From Abditibacteriaceae bacterium (GTDB lineage Bacteria; Armatimonadota; Abditibacteriia; Abditibacteriales; Abditibacteriaceae): a stretch of 14,810 bases of DNA. The translations under genes and the position numbers were made by a program. This document shows positions 6,609-14,688 of the stretch, one piece after another (within the stretch, counting starts at the first letter, position 1; each line of letters begins with the position of its first letter). The notes under the pieces are model-generated. The model was given only the letters and a program-made list of their open reading frames with translations. It was not told where the DNA came from and ran no database searches. The stretch lies in the NCBI GenBank assembly GCA_031425655.1, contig JANPJS010000160.1, forward strand, positions 1-14,810, in the 5' to 3' direction.

Positions 6609-7850
6609 ATGTCCACACAGACTTCTGCTGCTCTGCGCGAGCGCGTTCAACGCATTGTGGCCGGCATGCCGGTTTACGATATTCACACGCATCTTTATGC
6701 GCCTGCTTTCCAAGATTTGCTGCTGTTCGGCCTCGACGAGCAACTGATTTATCACTATCTCGTCGCCGAAGCGTTTCGGCACTTCACGATCTCTTACGAC
6801 GAGTTCTGGGCATTGTCCAAAGAGCGACAGGCCGAAATGATCTGGGACGTGCTTTTCGTGCAAAACACGCCGCTTTCCGAGCCGACGCGCGGCGTTTTGA
6901 CCACGCTGCACAAACTGGGACTGGATGCGCGCGACGGCTTGCCGGCGATGCGCGGCTGGTTCGCCAAGTGGAAACCAGCCGATTATGTGGATCATGTCAT
7001 GGAATTGGCAGGCGTTCACACGATTTGCATGACTAATTCGCCTTTCGACGACTTGGAACGGCCCGTTTGGGAAGCCGGTTACACCGGTGATTCGCGCTTT
7101 TCGCACGCGCTGCGCATTGACCCGCTTTTGATGGATTGGGACAACACGGCGCCGCTTTTGTCGAAGCGGGGCTACGAAGTGCAGTCGGATTTCAGCGGCA
7201 AAACCTTCGCCGAAGTGCAGCGTTTTTTGCGCGATTGGGCGACGAAGATGAACGCGCTCTACGTCATGGTTTCGCTGCCGCCGGAGTTCGCATATCCCGC
7301 TGACACGCCGATTGCCAAACTCATTGACGGCGCGATTTTGCCCTTCTGCCGCGAAAGCGGTTTGCCCTTCGCGCTGATGTTCGGCGTGCGCCGCGCGGTC
7401 AATCCCGGATTGAAATTAGCCGGCGATGGCGTCGGTCTCAGCGATTTAACGACGTTGCAAAGGCTGTGTGCCGAGAATCCCGACGTGAAATTCCTCGTGA
7501 CCGTCTTGCAGCGCGAAAACCAGCATGAATTGGCGGTGCAGGCGCGCAAGTTTCGCAATCTGCACATCTTCGGGCTGTGGTGGTTTATGAACGTGCCGGG
7601 CCTCATCAACGAAACCACGCGAATGCGTCTCGAACTGCTCGGCCCGACATTTACGGCGCAACATTCCGATGCGCGTGTGCTTGACCAAATCATTTATAAA
7701 TGGGATCACTCGCGGCAAATCATCGGCGAAGTTTTGGCCGATAAATACTGCGATTTGGCTGCAATCGGCTGGACAACCGACGACGCGACCATCGAACGCG
7801 ACGCGAAACAACTGCTCGGCGGCGGCTTTGAGGCGTTTTTAAAGCGGTAG
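6609..7850 (+). CDS. uxaC: Uronate (glucuronate) isomerase, amidohydrolase fold, Bacillus halodurans Bh0493-like subtype
   Basis: Metal-binding DIHTHL, YHYLVAE, MTNSPFD, ARKFRNLHIFGLWWF, RLELLG and QHSDARVLDQIIYKWDHSR motifs, typical of this subtype. Confidence 0.85.
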   Translation: MSTQTSAALRERVQRIVAGMPVYDIHTHLYAPAFQDLLLFGLDEQLIYHYLVAEAFRHFTISYDEFWALSKERQAEMIWDVLFVQNTPLSEPTRGVLTTLHKLGLDARDGLPAMRGWFAKWKPADYVDHVMELAGVHTICMTNSPFDDLERPVWEAGYTGDSRFSHALRIDPLLMDWDNTAPLLSKRGYEVQSDFSGKTFAEVQRFLRDWATKMNALYVMVSLPPEFAYPADTPIAKLIDGAILPFCRESGLPFALMFGVRRAVNPGLKLAGDGVGLSDLTTLQRLCAENPDVKFLVTVLQRENQHELAVQARKFRNLHIFGLWWFMNVPGLINETTRMRLELLGPTFTAQHSDARVLDQIIYKWDHSRQIIGEVLADKYCDLAAIGWTTDDATIERDAKQLLGGGFEAFLKR

Positions 7851-7856
7851 AACGGC

Positions 7857-7912
7857 TTTAAACACAAAGGCACAAAGACGCAAAGAGGAATTTCTTTGCG
7901 TCTTTGTGCTTT
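7857..7912. repeat. Palindromic element of 8-nt CACAAAG-type units after the uronate isomerase; possible terminator
   Basis: 7870-7886 GCACAAAGACGCAAAGA pairs perfectly with 7893-7909. The left arm reads ACACAAAG-GCACAAAG-ACGCAAAG and is preceded by TTTAAA. Confidence 0.85.
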
Positions 7913-8023
7913 CTAATCCCATGCTCATCCGCCGCGTTCTTCGAGAGATGATCGTCACCTCGTTTTACTTTGCGGGGCAGCGTGACGGGCTTCATCGCGC
8001 CAAGATTGGAGCCGGAGGCAGTT

Positions 8024-8581
8024 ATGGGAATCTGGAAAGAGATGTTTGCGCGGTGGTTGGGTTGGACATGCGGCGGCGCGTTCTTTGGAGTTTTGGCCGG
8101 TGTGGTTGTCGGCGGATTACACGGCGCGGTTGGCGCGACGGCGTTTCTTCCAGGCGGGGTGCCTGGTAGCTTGCCGCTTTCAAAAGCGGCAGTAGGCTGC
8201 GGGTTTGGCGCTTACTACGCTGTCTTTGAAGGCGCGGTTAGCGGCACGATTGGGTTCTGCCTTGCGGCGCTGCTAAGGATGAAAAGTCCGACGTTGCTCA
8301 GCATTCCTCACTTCAAGACGACGATGCGGTCGGCCTTTTTGCTGTGCGCTTTGGGTGCGGTTGGCGGCTCGATGATGGCGATGGCCGCTGTGTTTTTGCT
8401 GACGCGCTCGGCGTCGTATGGCGCGAAAGACGCCATCGGAATAGGCTTCTTTTACGGCTGCCAAGTCGGGTTCAACGTGGGAATGCTGTGCGGCGCGCTG
8501 CTGCCGATCTGGGTTAAAGGCTTCCCGCCTTCGCGCAAACATCGGGCGACGGCGCCGGATTTCGTCGCGCAGAGCGATTGA
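8024..8581 (+). CDS. Gly/Ala-rich integral membrane hypothetical protein (about 4 TM segments)
   Basis: GGAGG at 8014-8018 before ATG 8024. Hydrophobic segments carry GxxxG patterns. Confidence 0.7.
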   Translation: MGIWKEMFARWLGWTCGGAFFGVLAGVVVGGLHGAVGATAFLPGGVPGSLPLSKAAVGCGFGAYYAVFEGAVSGTIGFCLAALLRMKSPTLLSIPHFKTTMRSAFLLCALGAVGGSMMAMAAVFLLTRSASYGAKDAIGIGFFYGCQVGFNVGMLCGALLPIWVKGFPPSRKHRATAPDFVAQSD

Positions 8582-8626
8582 TATTCAGGCCTGCGCCGCG
8601 CAAAACGCCTAAAATGAAGTGCGGCG

Positions 8627-9229
8627 ATGAAAGAACAAACGGTGACTTGGTGTCGCGTCGGGCGCTCGCTTTTGGCGAACGCGCTTTATTTCGCGGGTTG
8701 CGGCATGGCTTCGTGCGCCGTTTTGGGCTTTGAGCAGGGCGCTGTCGTGGGCGGATTAGCCGCGTGGCTGCTGCCCGTTGAGCCGCTCCCTATGAGTGCG
8801 CCTTTCGTGTTGAACGGGCTGTTCGGCGCAGGGTTAGGCGCGATCATCGGCGCCATGATAGCATTGCCGCTTTTCGCTGTCGTCGGCGTTTTGCGCGGTG
8901 CGGCGCCGCTCGATTCGCAGCGCGACGAGCTTTTTCGCGCTTGTGCGATGGCGCGTCGAGCCGCTTTAATCTGCGGCGGCGCCGGACTTTGCAGTGGGCC
9001 GCTGCTCAGTTTTTTGATTCAAGTGCCGCTGTGGGCTATCGGGCCGCTGGCGGCGACGAACACCGCGCCGCGCGAATTGCTGTTTGGCGGCGCGCTCAGC
9101 GGTTTGGTGCTGGGCAACGTGGTGGGATTATGGCTGGGCGCGCTTTGCCCGGCGACCGTCGAAGACGCCAGCGCGGCTTTCGCCGAAAATGTGCGTGACT
9201 GGCGCCGTCGCTGGCGTGCGGTCAAATAA
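8627..9229 (+). CDS. Gly/Ala-rich integral membrane hypothetical protein (about 4 TM segments)
   Basis: Hydrophobic GxxxG-rich segments and a basic C-terminus. The stop codon runs into a terminator. Confidence 0.72.
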   Translation: MKEQTVTWCRVGRSLLANALYFAGCGMASCAVLGFEQGAVVGGLAAWLLPVEPLPMSAPFVLNGLFGAGLGAIIGAMIALPLFAVVGVLRGAAPLDSQRDELFRACAMARRAALICGGAGLCSGPLLSFLIQVPLWAIGPLAATNTAPRELLFGGALSGLVLGNVVGLWLGALCPATVEDASAAFAENVRDWRRRWRAVK

Positions 9230-9267
9230 AAAGAGGCCGGGGCAAATGCCCCGGCCTCTTTTTATTT
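9224..9267. terminator. Bidirectional intrinsic terminator between convergent genes
   Basis: Perfect inverted repeat AAATAAAAAGAGGCCGGGGCA / TGCCCCGGCCTCTTTTTATTT with a GC-rich stem and A/T tracts on both sides. Confidence 0.9.
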
Positions 9268-9297
9268 TGCGCGCAACAAGTTACGTTGCGAAAAGAA

Positions 9298-10263
9298 TTA
9301 GTTCCAGCTACGCATCGCGGGCGAGATGCCGGCGCCGACAGCCATTTCCTGAAGGCGTGCCACGCGATCTTCGGTCGCCGGGTGTGTGCTGAAGAGCTTG
9401 GCGAACGATTGGGCGGTCAGCGGGTTGACGATATACATATGCGCCGTCGCCGCATTGACCTGCATCGGAACCGCTTGCGCGCCGCGCTCCAATTTCAAAA
9501 GCGCATTCGCCAGCGACAAAGGATTGCCGCAGATTTGCGCGCCGCGCCGGTCGGCTTCGTATTCGCGCGAACGCGAAACGGCCATTTGAATCAGCATGGC
9601 CGCGATGGGCGCTAAAATCATCATCGCCAAGCCGCCAATGAGGCCGGGGCCACTGTCTTCGTCGTCGCGGCTGCCGCCGAACATGGACATATAGTAGAAC
9701 ATATGGCCCAACGACGAAATCGCGCCGGCGAAAGTCGCCGCGATGGTGGAAATCAAAATGTCACGGTGCTGGACGTGCGCGAGTTCGTGCGCCATCACGC
9801 CTTCGAGTTCATCGCGCGACAGCATTTGCAAAAGCCCCTGCGTGGCTGCGACTGCCGCGTGTTTCGGGTCGCGTCCTGTGGCAAAAGCGTTCGGGGCCAT
9901 TTCAGGGATGATGTAAACGCGCGGCATCGGCAATCCGGCGCGCACTGCGAGGCGCTCCACCATGCCGTAATATTCCGGCGCGTCGGTTGCACTGACTTCT
10001 TTGGCGCCGCTCATCGCAAGCGCGATTTTGTCGGAAAACCAGTAGCTTCCGACGTTCATCAATACCGCGAAGCCGAGCGCGATGTAAATGCCCTGTTGGC
10101 GCCCGAAAGCGTAGCCGATGCCCATGAACATCGCCGTCATGCCGGCCAAAAGCATGAAAGTTTTGGCGTTGTTCCACAGCGCGTAGGAGGAGCCGCCGCC
10201 CAGCGAAGCGCCGCCGGACGATTTACCGGCGGGCGAGTTTGAGAAAGGATCGTTTTGTTTCAT
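9298..10263 (-). CDS. htpX: Zinc metalloprotease HtpX (peptidase M48)
   Basis: [31 protein letters not shown] (HExxH), [18 protein letters not shown] motifs. ATG 10263 has AAGG upstream; the exact start is uncertain. Confidence 0.93.
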   Translation of the reverse strand: MKQNDPFSNSPAGKSSGGASLGGGSSYALWNNAKTFMLLAGMTAMFMGIGYAFGRQQGIYIALGFAVLMNVGSYWFSDKIALAMSGAKEVSATDAPEYYGMVERLAVRAGLPMPRVYIIPEMAPNAFATGRDPKHAAVAATQGLLQMLSRDELEGVMAHELAHVQHRDILISTIAATFAGAISSLGHMFYYMSMFGGSRDDEDSGPGLIGGLAMMILAPIAAMLIQMAVSRSREYEADRRGAQICGNPLSLANALLKLERGAQAVPMQVNAATAHMYIVNPLTAQSFAKLFSTHPATEDRVARLQEMAVGAGISPAMRSWN

Positions 10264-10467
10264 AGTGATTGATACCTTATACAATTGAATTGGCGATGGC
10301 GATTCATAAAGATGAAGAGCAGCGCCGTGTCGCATGGCGCCGAAGTGTTCGGTTCTCGGCGCAGGTTGGGGATCTCAGACGATAAACGCTGCTATCGGTT
10401 GCACGAGTTGTCTACAAAATTACCGCCGCGAACACAAGTTTCGCGGCGTTTTCGGGAGTTGAAGTCC

Positions 10468-13400
10468 GTGAGTGAGCAGTGGCGCATTGAAATGTTGGGC
10501 GGTCTGCGGGTGCTGGCGCCGGATGCGAACTCCGCGACGGCGCCTGTGAAATTTCCGCGCCGCAAATCGGGCGCTTTGCTGGGTTATCTGGCGTTTCATG
10601 CGGGCCAAACCCATTTGCGTCAGAATTTGGCCGAGGTTTTGTGGCCCGACAGCGCACCCGAAGCCGGACGCATTAGCTTGCGCGTGGCGCTGAGCGAGTT
10701 GCGTGCGGCCCTTGAAAAAGCGCATCCATCGGGCGATGCGCTGATTTTGTCCGACAAGATGGAAGTGCGCTTCAACTCTGAAATCGTCGCCACGGATGTT
10801 AAAGAATTCGAGGCGATTTTGAAACAAGCGTCGGGCGCGTCTAACTTGAACGCACGAGCGCGCGGCCTTTGCGATGCCGTGGATTTATATCGCGGCGAAC
10901 TGCTGCGCGGGCACGAGGAAAGCTGGATCGTGCCGGAAGCGCGGTGCTTGGAAGAAGCGTTTTTCGTCGCGGTGCGCCAATTGTTGGAATTGCTCGAAGC
11001 CGGCGGCGACCATCAGCGCGCTTTGCGCTATGCCCATCATGCGGTCAACGCCGATCCGCTGCGCGAGGAATCGCATTTTGAATTAATTCGCCTTTGTGCC
11101 ACGCAAGGCCATGCGGACGACGCGGTTTTGCATTTTCGGCGGCTGGAAACCATCTTGCGCCGCAATTTTCACCGCGAACCGGCGCTTGAAACCCGCGAAT
11201 TGGTGGCTTTGCTGCTGCCGTCACGACGGAGTAAAAACGCGCGCAAACCATCTGTGCCGGCCTCGATCAAGCCGCTTGGCCAACCGGGCGCCAACGGTTA
11301 CCACAAAAACGGCAGCGCGCCGGGCACGCCTTCGACAAAGCCGGCGCTTGTCGCCAGACCGCAAGTTTGGCCGGGCGGCGCGGTGACGTTTTTGTTGTTG
11401 GACAATTTGAGCAGCGAGCGCGGCACCGCCGATAAAGCCGCCACTTTATGTCGCGCGGAACTGCGCGAACTGGTGGTGCGGCACAGCGGGCGCGAGGTCG
11501 GCGCGTTGCGTGCCGATTCGTTGTGGGCGCTGTTTCGCAGCGCGAGCGATGCACTTTCCTGCGCTCTGGCGATGCGCCGGGCCATACGCGACACGCCGCG
11601 CATGAACGCGTGCTGCGGCGCGGTGCGCATCGCGCTCGATACGGGCGACAGCGGCTTGTGGGCATTTCCTGCGCGCGAAAACGCGCCGCTCGAACACGCC
11701 GAAACTGCCATTGAGCGTGCCACTTTAGACCGTGCGCTCGAAGTGTTGGCAGCGGCGCATTCGGAGCAAACGCTGTGTTCGGAAGTGACGGGCGCGCTTT
11801 TGCGGCGCGAATTGGAAGCGGGCGTGACGCTGGATGATTTAGGCGTCTATCGTTTGCGCGCTTCGGCGCTGCCCGAACGCTTGTATCAAGTTTCGTATCC
11901 GGGCATGGCGCAGCGCGTGTTTCCGTCGCCCAACGCCGCGCCGATGCATTCGGGCCAACTGCCGACGCGGATCACCAATTTCTTCGGGCGCGAAGACGAA
12001 TTGGCGCAAGTCGTCGCGTGGCTGACGCCGGCTGCGGACGCGCGCAAATCGGCCATCGTGCGTCAAGAGCCGCCCACGCCACACTGCCGTCTGGTGACGT
12101 TGACCGGCTTCGGCGGCTGCGGCAAAACACGTCTGGCCATCGAATCGGCCAGCCGTTTGCGCGCGGCGTATGCGGGCGCGGTGTGGTTCGTGCCGCTTGC
12201 CGATTTATCTGAGCCGCAGCTTATCGCCAACTCCATCGTTGAAGCGATGCATTTGCCGGGCGCGCCGGGCCTTGAACCGTGGCGCCAGTTGGTTTCGACT
12301 TTAGGCGAGAAATCTTCGCTTTTGGTGCTGGATAATTTCGAGCAACTTTGCGCGGACGGCGCGGAAGTGGTGCGCAGATTGTTGGCCGAAGCGCCGGGCG
12401 TGTCGCTTTTAGTTACGTCGCGGCGGCGCCTGAGCGTCAGCGGTGAGCGCGATTTGGCTGTGCGCCCGCTGCCTTTGCCTCACAAAGCCTTACCCGAAGC
12501 GCAAAGTGTCGCCGATGGCAAACGCTTTCTGAGCCTTGTGTCGCGCAACCCCAGCGTGCAAATTTTTGAAGACCGCGCTCGCAACGCGCAAAGCGATTTT
12601 CAACTGACGCCGCTCAACGCCGATGTCGTGACGCGCCTTTGCCGCGTGCTCGAAGGCGTGCCGCTTGCGCTCGAACTGGCAGCGGCGCACGTTCGCCGGC
12701 TCACTCCGGCGCAAATGGTGACTTTGCTGGAATCGCATCTGGGCGGCGAAGGCTTGGATTTGCTGCACAGCGCGCACGACGACACGCCCGACCGCCATCG
12801 CACGCTGCGCGCCGCCATCGAATGGAGCTACGAATTGCTCGATGCGCCGCTGCGCGAAGCGTTTTCATGGCTTTCGGTTTTTCGCGGCGGCTGGACGTTG
12901 GCGGCAGCGAATGTTATCACCGGCCAAGCGGTGTATTCGCCGAAATTGGACGACGAAGAAAGCGAAGCCACGGCGCTCGACAACCTGATGCGCCTGCAAG
13001 ATGCTTCGCTTGTTCAGACCGAAGAATACGCGGCGGAAATGCGGTTTTCCATGCTGGAAATGCTGCGCCAGTTCGGCGGGGAGCAATTGAACGCTGGCGA
13101 GCGCGAGCGACTCTACGCGCGACACGCCGCGTATTTTAGCGATTTGGCCGAGCAGGCCAGCGCAAATCTCATGGATGCGGAGCGCGATGAATGGCTGCGC
13201 CGCCTCGACCCCGAAATTGACAACTTGCGCGCCGCATTGAACTGGTTTTTGGAGCGCGAGCCGGCGCGCTGCCTGCAAATGGCCGGCGCTCTGTGGCGCT
13301 TCTGGGAAGCGCGCGGCCACTTCGCCGAAGGCCGCGATTGGCTGGAACGGGCGCTTTCCGAAGCGCAGGCCCGCGCCGAGCGCGCTGCGAGACGCGAGAC

Positions 13401-14454
13401 ACGGAGTGAGGAGACACGGAGACACGGAGACACGGAGACACGGAGACATGAGTCGGGCGACTCGATAACGTCTGAGGTCTCCGTGTCTCCTGACTCCTTG
13501 TCTCCTCACTCCGCGTCTCCTCACTCCTTGTCTCCTGACTCTGCGTCTCCCGGCCTTCCGCTTCCGTTGCCGCTTTATTTGCGGGCATTAAACGGTGCGG
13601 CGCGACTGGCGTGGTATCGCGCCGATTTCAAGGTGTCGCAGCGTTATTTGGAGGAAAGTTTGTCGCTCGCACGCACCGCGAGCGATGCGAATTCCGACAA
13701 TCGGCGCGGCATCGCCAACGCGTTGCACAGTTTGGGACTGGTAGCGATGTGTCAGGGCGATGCGTCGGCGCGGGCCATGTTGATGGAAGGCCTGTCGCTG
13801 GTGAGCGAGCAAGGCGACCAGCGTATCGTTAAAGATTTCATGCTCGGCCTGGCCTTAGTGCGCTTTTATTTGGCCGAACCCGGCGTGCGAGAGCTTTTGC
13901 AGGAAGCGTTGGAGATTTCGCGCGAATTGGGCGACTGGCGCGGCATTGCTTTCGCGCTCAACAACTTGGGGTTGGTCGAAGGCATAGAGAAAAACTTTGG
14001 TTTGGCGCGCGAATATCATGAGCAGGCGCTGCCTTTTTTGCGCGCGACGGGCGATCAGTGGAGCACAGCGCGTGCTTTAGGCGGTTTGGGCCGCGCCGCC
14101 TGGTTTGAACACGACATCAGCGCCGCGCGTGCTTATTACGTCGAAAAACTGCATATTTTGCGTGATTTAGGCAGCCGTTGGGAATTGGTTTATGCCTTCG
14201 AGGGTTTCGCATGGCTGGCGCTGCACGAAGACAATCCGCAACACGCCGCTCTGCTTTTAGGCGCTTGCGAAACTCTGTGCGATACGACCGGCCATGTTTT
14301 GTTTCCCGTCGCGCGCCCATGCTACGACGATTGCGTGGCGCACACCCACGCGGCTCTCGGCGCGCTCGGCGACCCCATTGCCGCTGCCGCCGCGTGGCGC
14401 GCGGGCCGCGCTTTATCGCGCGAGGAAGCCATCGCCGCCGCGCTGAAAAAGTGA
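10468..14454 (+). CDS. AfsR/SARP-type signalling regulator: winged-helix + BTAD, degenerate class III nucleotide cyclase domain, NB-ARC/STAND ATPase, TPR repeats
   Basis: SARP/BTAD motifs LLGYLA..R..LAEVLWPD, LYRGELL, DPLREESH. Cyclase-like PGGAVTFLLLD..VRIALDTG..DLGVYRLR. Walker A GFGGCGKT (12106-12129) and Walker B LLVLDNFE. LEGVPLALELAA, WSYELL, and C-terminal TPR-like repeats. GTG 10468 has GGGAG 9 nt upstream. Confidence 0.88.
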   Translation: MSEQWRIEMLGGLRVLAPDANSATAPVKFPRRKSGALLGYLAFHAGQTHLRQNLAEVLWPDSAPEAGRISLRVALSELRAALEKAHPSGDALILSDKMEVRFNSEIVATDVKEFEAILKQASGASNLNARARGLCDAVDLYRGELLRGHEESWIVPEARCLEEAFFVAVRQLLELLEAGGDHQRALRYAHHAVNADPLREESHFELIRLCATQGHADDAVLHFRRLETILRRNFHREPALETRELVALLLPSRRSKNARKPSVPASIKPLGQPGANGYHKNGSAPGTPSTKPALVARPQVWPGGAVTFLLLDNLSSERGTADKAATLCRAELRELVVRHSGREVGALRADSLWALFRSASDALSCALAMRRAIRDTPRMNACCGAVRIALDTGDSGLWAFPARENAPLEHAETAIERATLDRALEVLAAAHSEQTLCSEVTGALLRRELEAGVTLDDLGVYRLRASALPERLYQVSYPGMAQRVFPSPNAAPMHSGQLPTRITNFFGREDELAQVVAWLTPAADARKSAIVRQEPPTPHCRLVTLTGFGGCGKTRLAIESASRLRAAYAGAVWFVPLADLSEPQLIANSIVEAMHLPGAPGLEPWRQLVSTLGEKSSLLVLDNFEQLCADGAEVVRRLLAEAPGVSLLVTSRRRLSVSGERDLAVRPLPLPHKALPEAQSVADGKRFLSLVSRNPSVQIFEDRARNAQSDFQLTPLNADVVTRLCRVLEGVPLALELAAAHVRRLTPAQMVTLLESHLGGEGLDLLHSAHDDTPDRHRTLRAAIEWSYELLDAPLREAFSWLSVFRGGWTLAAANVITGQAVYSPKLDDEESEATALDNLMRLQDASLVQTEEYAAEMRFSMLEMLRQFGGEQLNAGERERLYARHAAYFSDLAEQASANLMDAERDEWLRRLDPEIDNLRAALNWFLEREPARCLQMAGALWRFWEARGHFAEGRDWLERALSEAQARAERAARRETRSEETRRHGDTETRRHESGDSITSEVSVSPDSLSPHSASPHSLSPDSASPGLPLPLPLYLRALNGAARLAWYRADFKVSQRYLEESLSLARTASDANSDNRRGIANALHSLGLVAMCQGDASARAMLMEGLSLVSEQGDQRIVKDFMLGLALVRFYLAEPGVRELLQEALEISRELGDWRGIAFALNNLGLVEGIEKNFGLAREYHEQALPFLRATGDQWSTARALGGLGRAAWFEHDISAARAYYVEKLHILRDLGSRWELVYAFEGFAWLALHEDNPQHAALLLGACETLCDTTGHVLFPVARPCYDDCVAHTHAALGALGDPIAAAAAWRAGRALSREEAIAAALKK
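13389..13553. repeat. Intragenic inverted tandem-repeat element (GAGACACG units / CTCCGTGTCTCCTGA-type units)
   Basis: GAGACACG x4 plus GAGACATG at 13411-13450. Five 15-nt units at 13479-13553 are complementary to the left arm. Central GAGTCG/CGACTC mini-hairpin at 13450-13463. Confidence 0.92.
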
Positions 14455-14489
14455 GTTGTAGGTGAGAATGGGGCTGGCGCCCAATGGCA

Positions 14490-14668
14490 TTAAGTTAAGG
14501 CGTTCCGAAGCATAGTTCCTCCCCCGAAGCATAGTTCCTCCCCCTTGGGGGGAGTTTCGGTGGGGGTGGACGGCGGCTTTGCCGCCGTCTTGCCCTCCCT
14601 CAATCACCTGCCCAAAGGGCATCCACCCACAGGGGAGGGAAGCTACGTTTCGCAATCGCTTAACTTAA
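14490..14668. mobile_element. MITE-like non-coding element with nested hairpins
   Basis: 10-bp inverted ends TTAAGTTAAG (14490-14499) / CTTAACTTAA (14659-14668). Internal 19-nt tandem duplication (14505-14542). 9-bp hairpin at 14569-14589. CTCCCC/GGGGAG palindromes. No transposase in the window. Confidence 0.45.
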
Positions 14669-14688
14669 CCCAAGTTGCTACCTATGGT

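Noticed and set aside
10285..10467. N-terminal extensions of the regulator (from 10285) and of HtpX (from 10335)
   Set aside because: They would overlap head-to-head and remove the promoter region; family similarity and SD motifs support starts at 10468 and 10263.
10264..10467. CIRCE, HAIR or sigma54 sites upstream of htpX
   Set aside because: No match to TTAGCACTC-N9-GAGTGCTAA, CTTGAGT-N7-ACTCAAG or TGGCAC-N5-TTGC was found by eye.
13389..13553. CRISPR array
   Set aside because: The units are 8 and 15 nt, contiguous, lack unique spacers and lie inside a CDS; there are no cas genes.
309..14465. Numerous antisense and alternate-frame ORFs in the track (e.g. 309-872, 3422-4108, 5387-6199, 12865-13524)
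   Set aside because: They lie within well-supported genes, have no recognisable motifs, and are expected shadow ORFs in GC-rich DNA.
14413..14655. 80-aa minus-strand ORF
   Set aside because: It is a translation of the repeat element and overlaps the regulator's 3' end.
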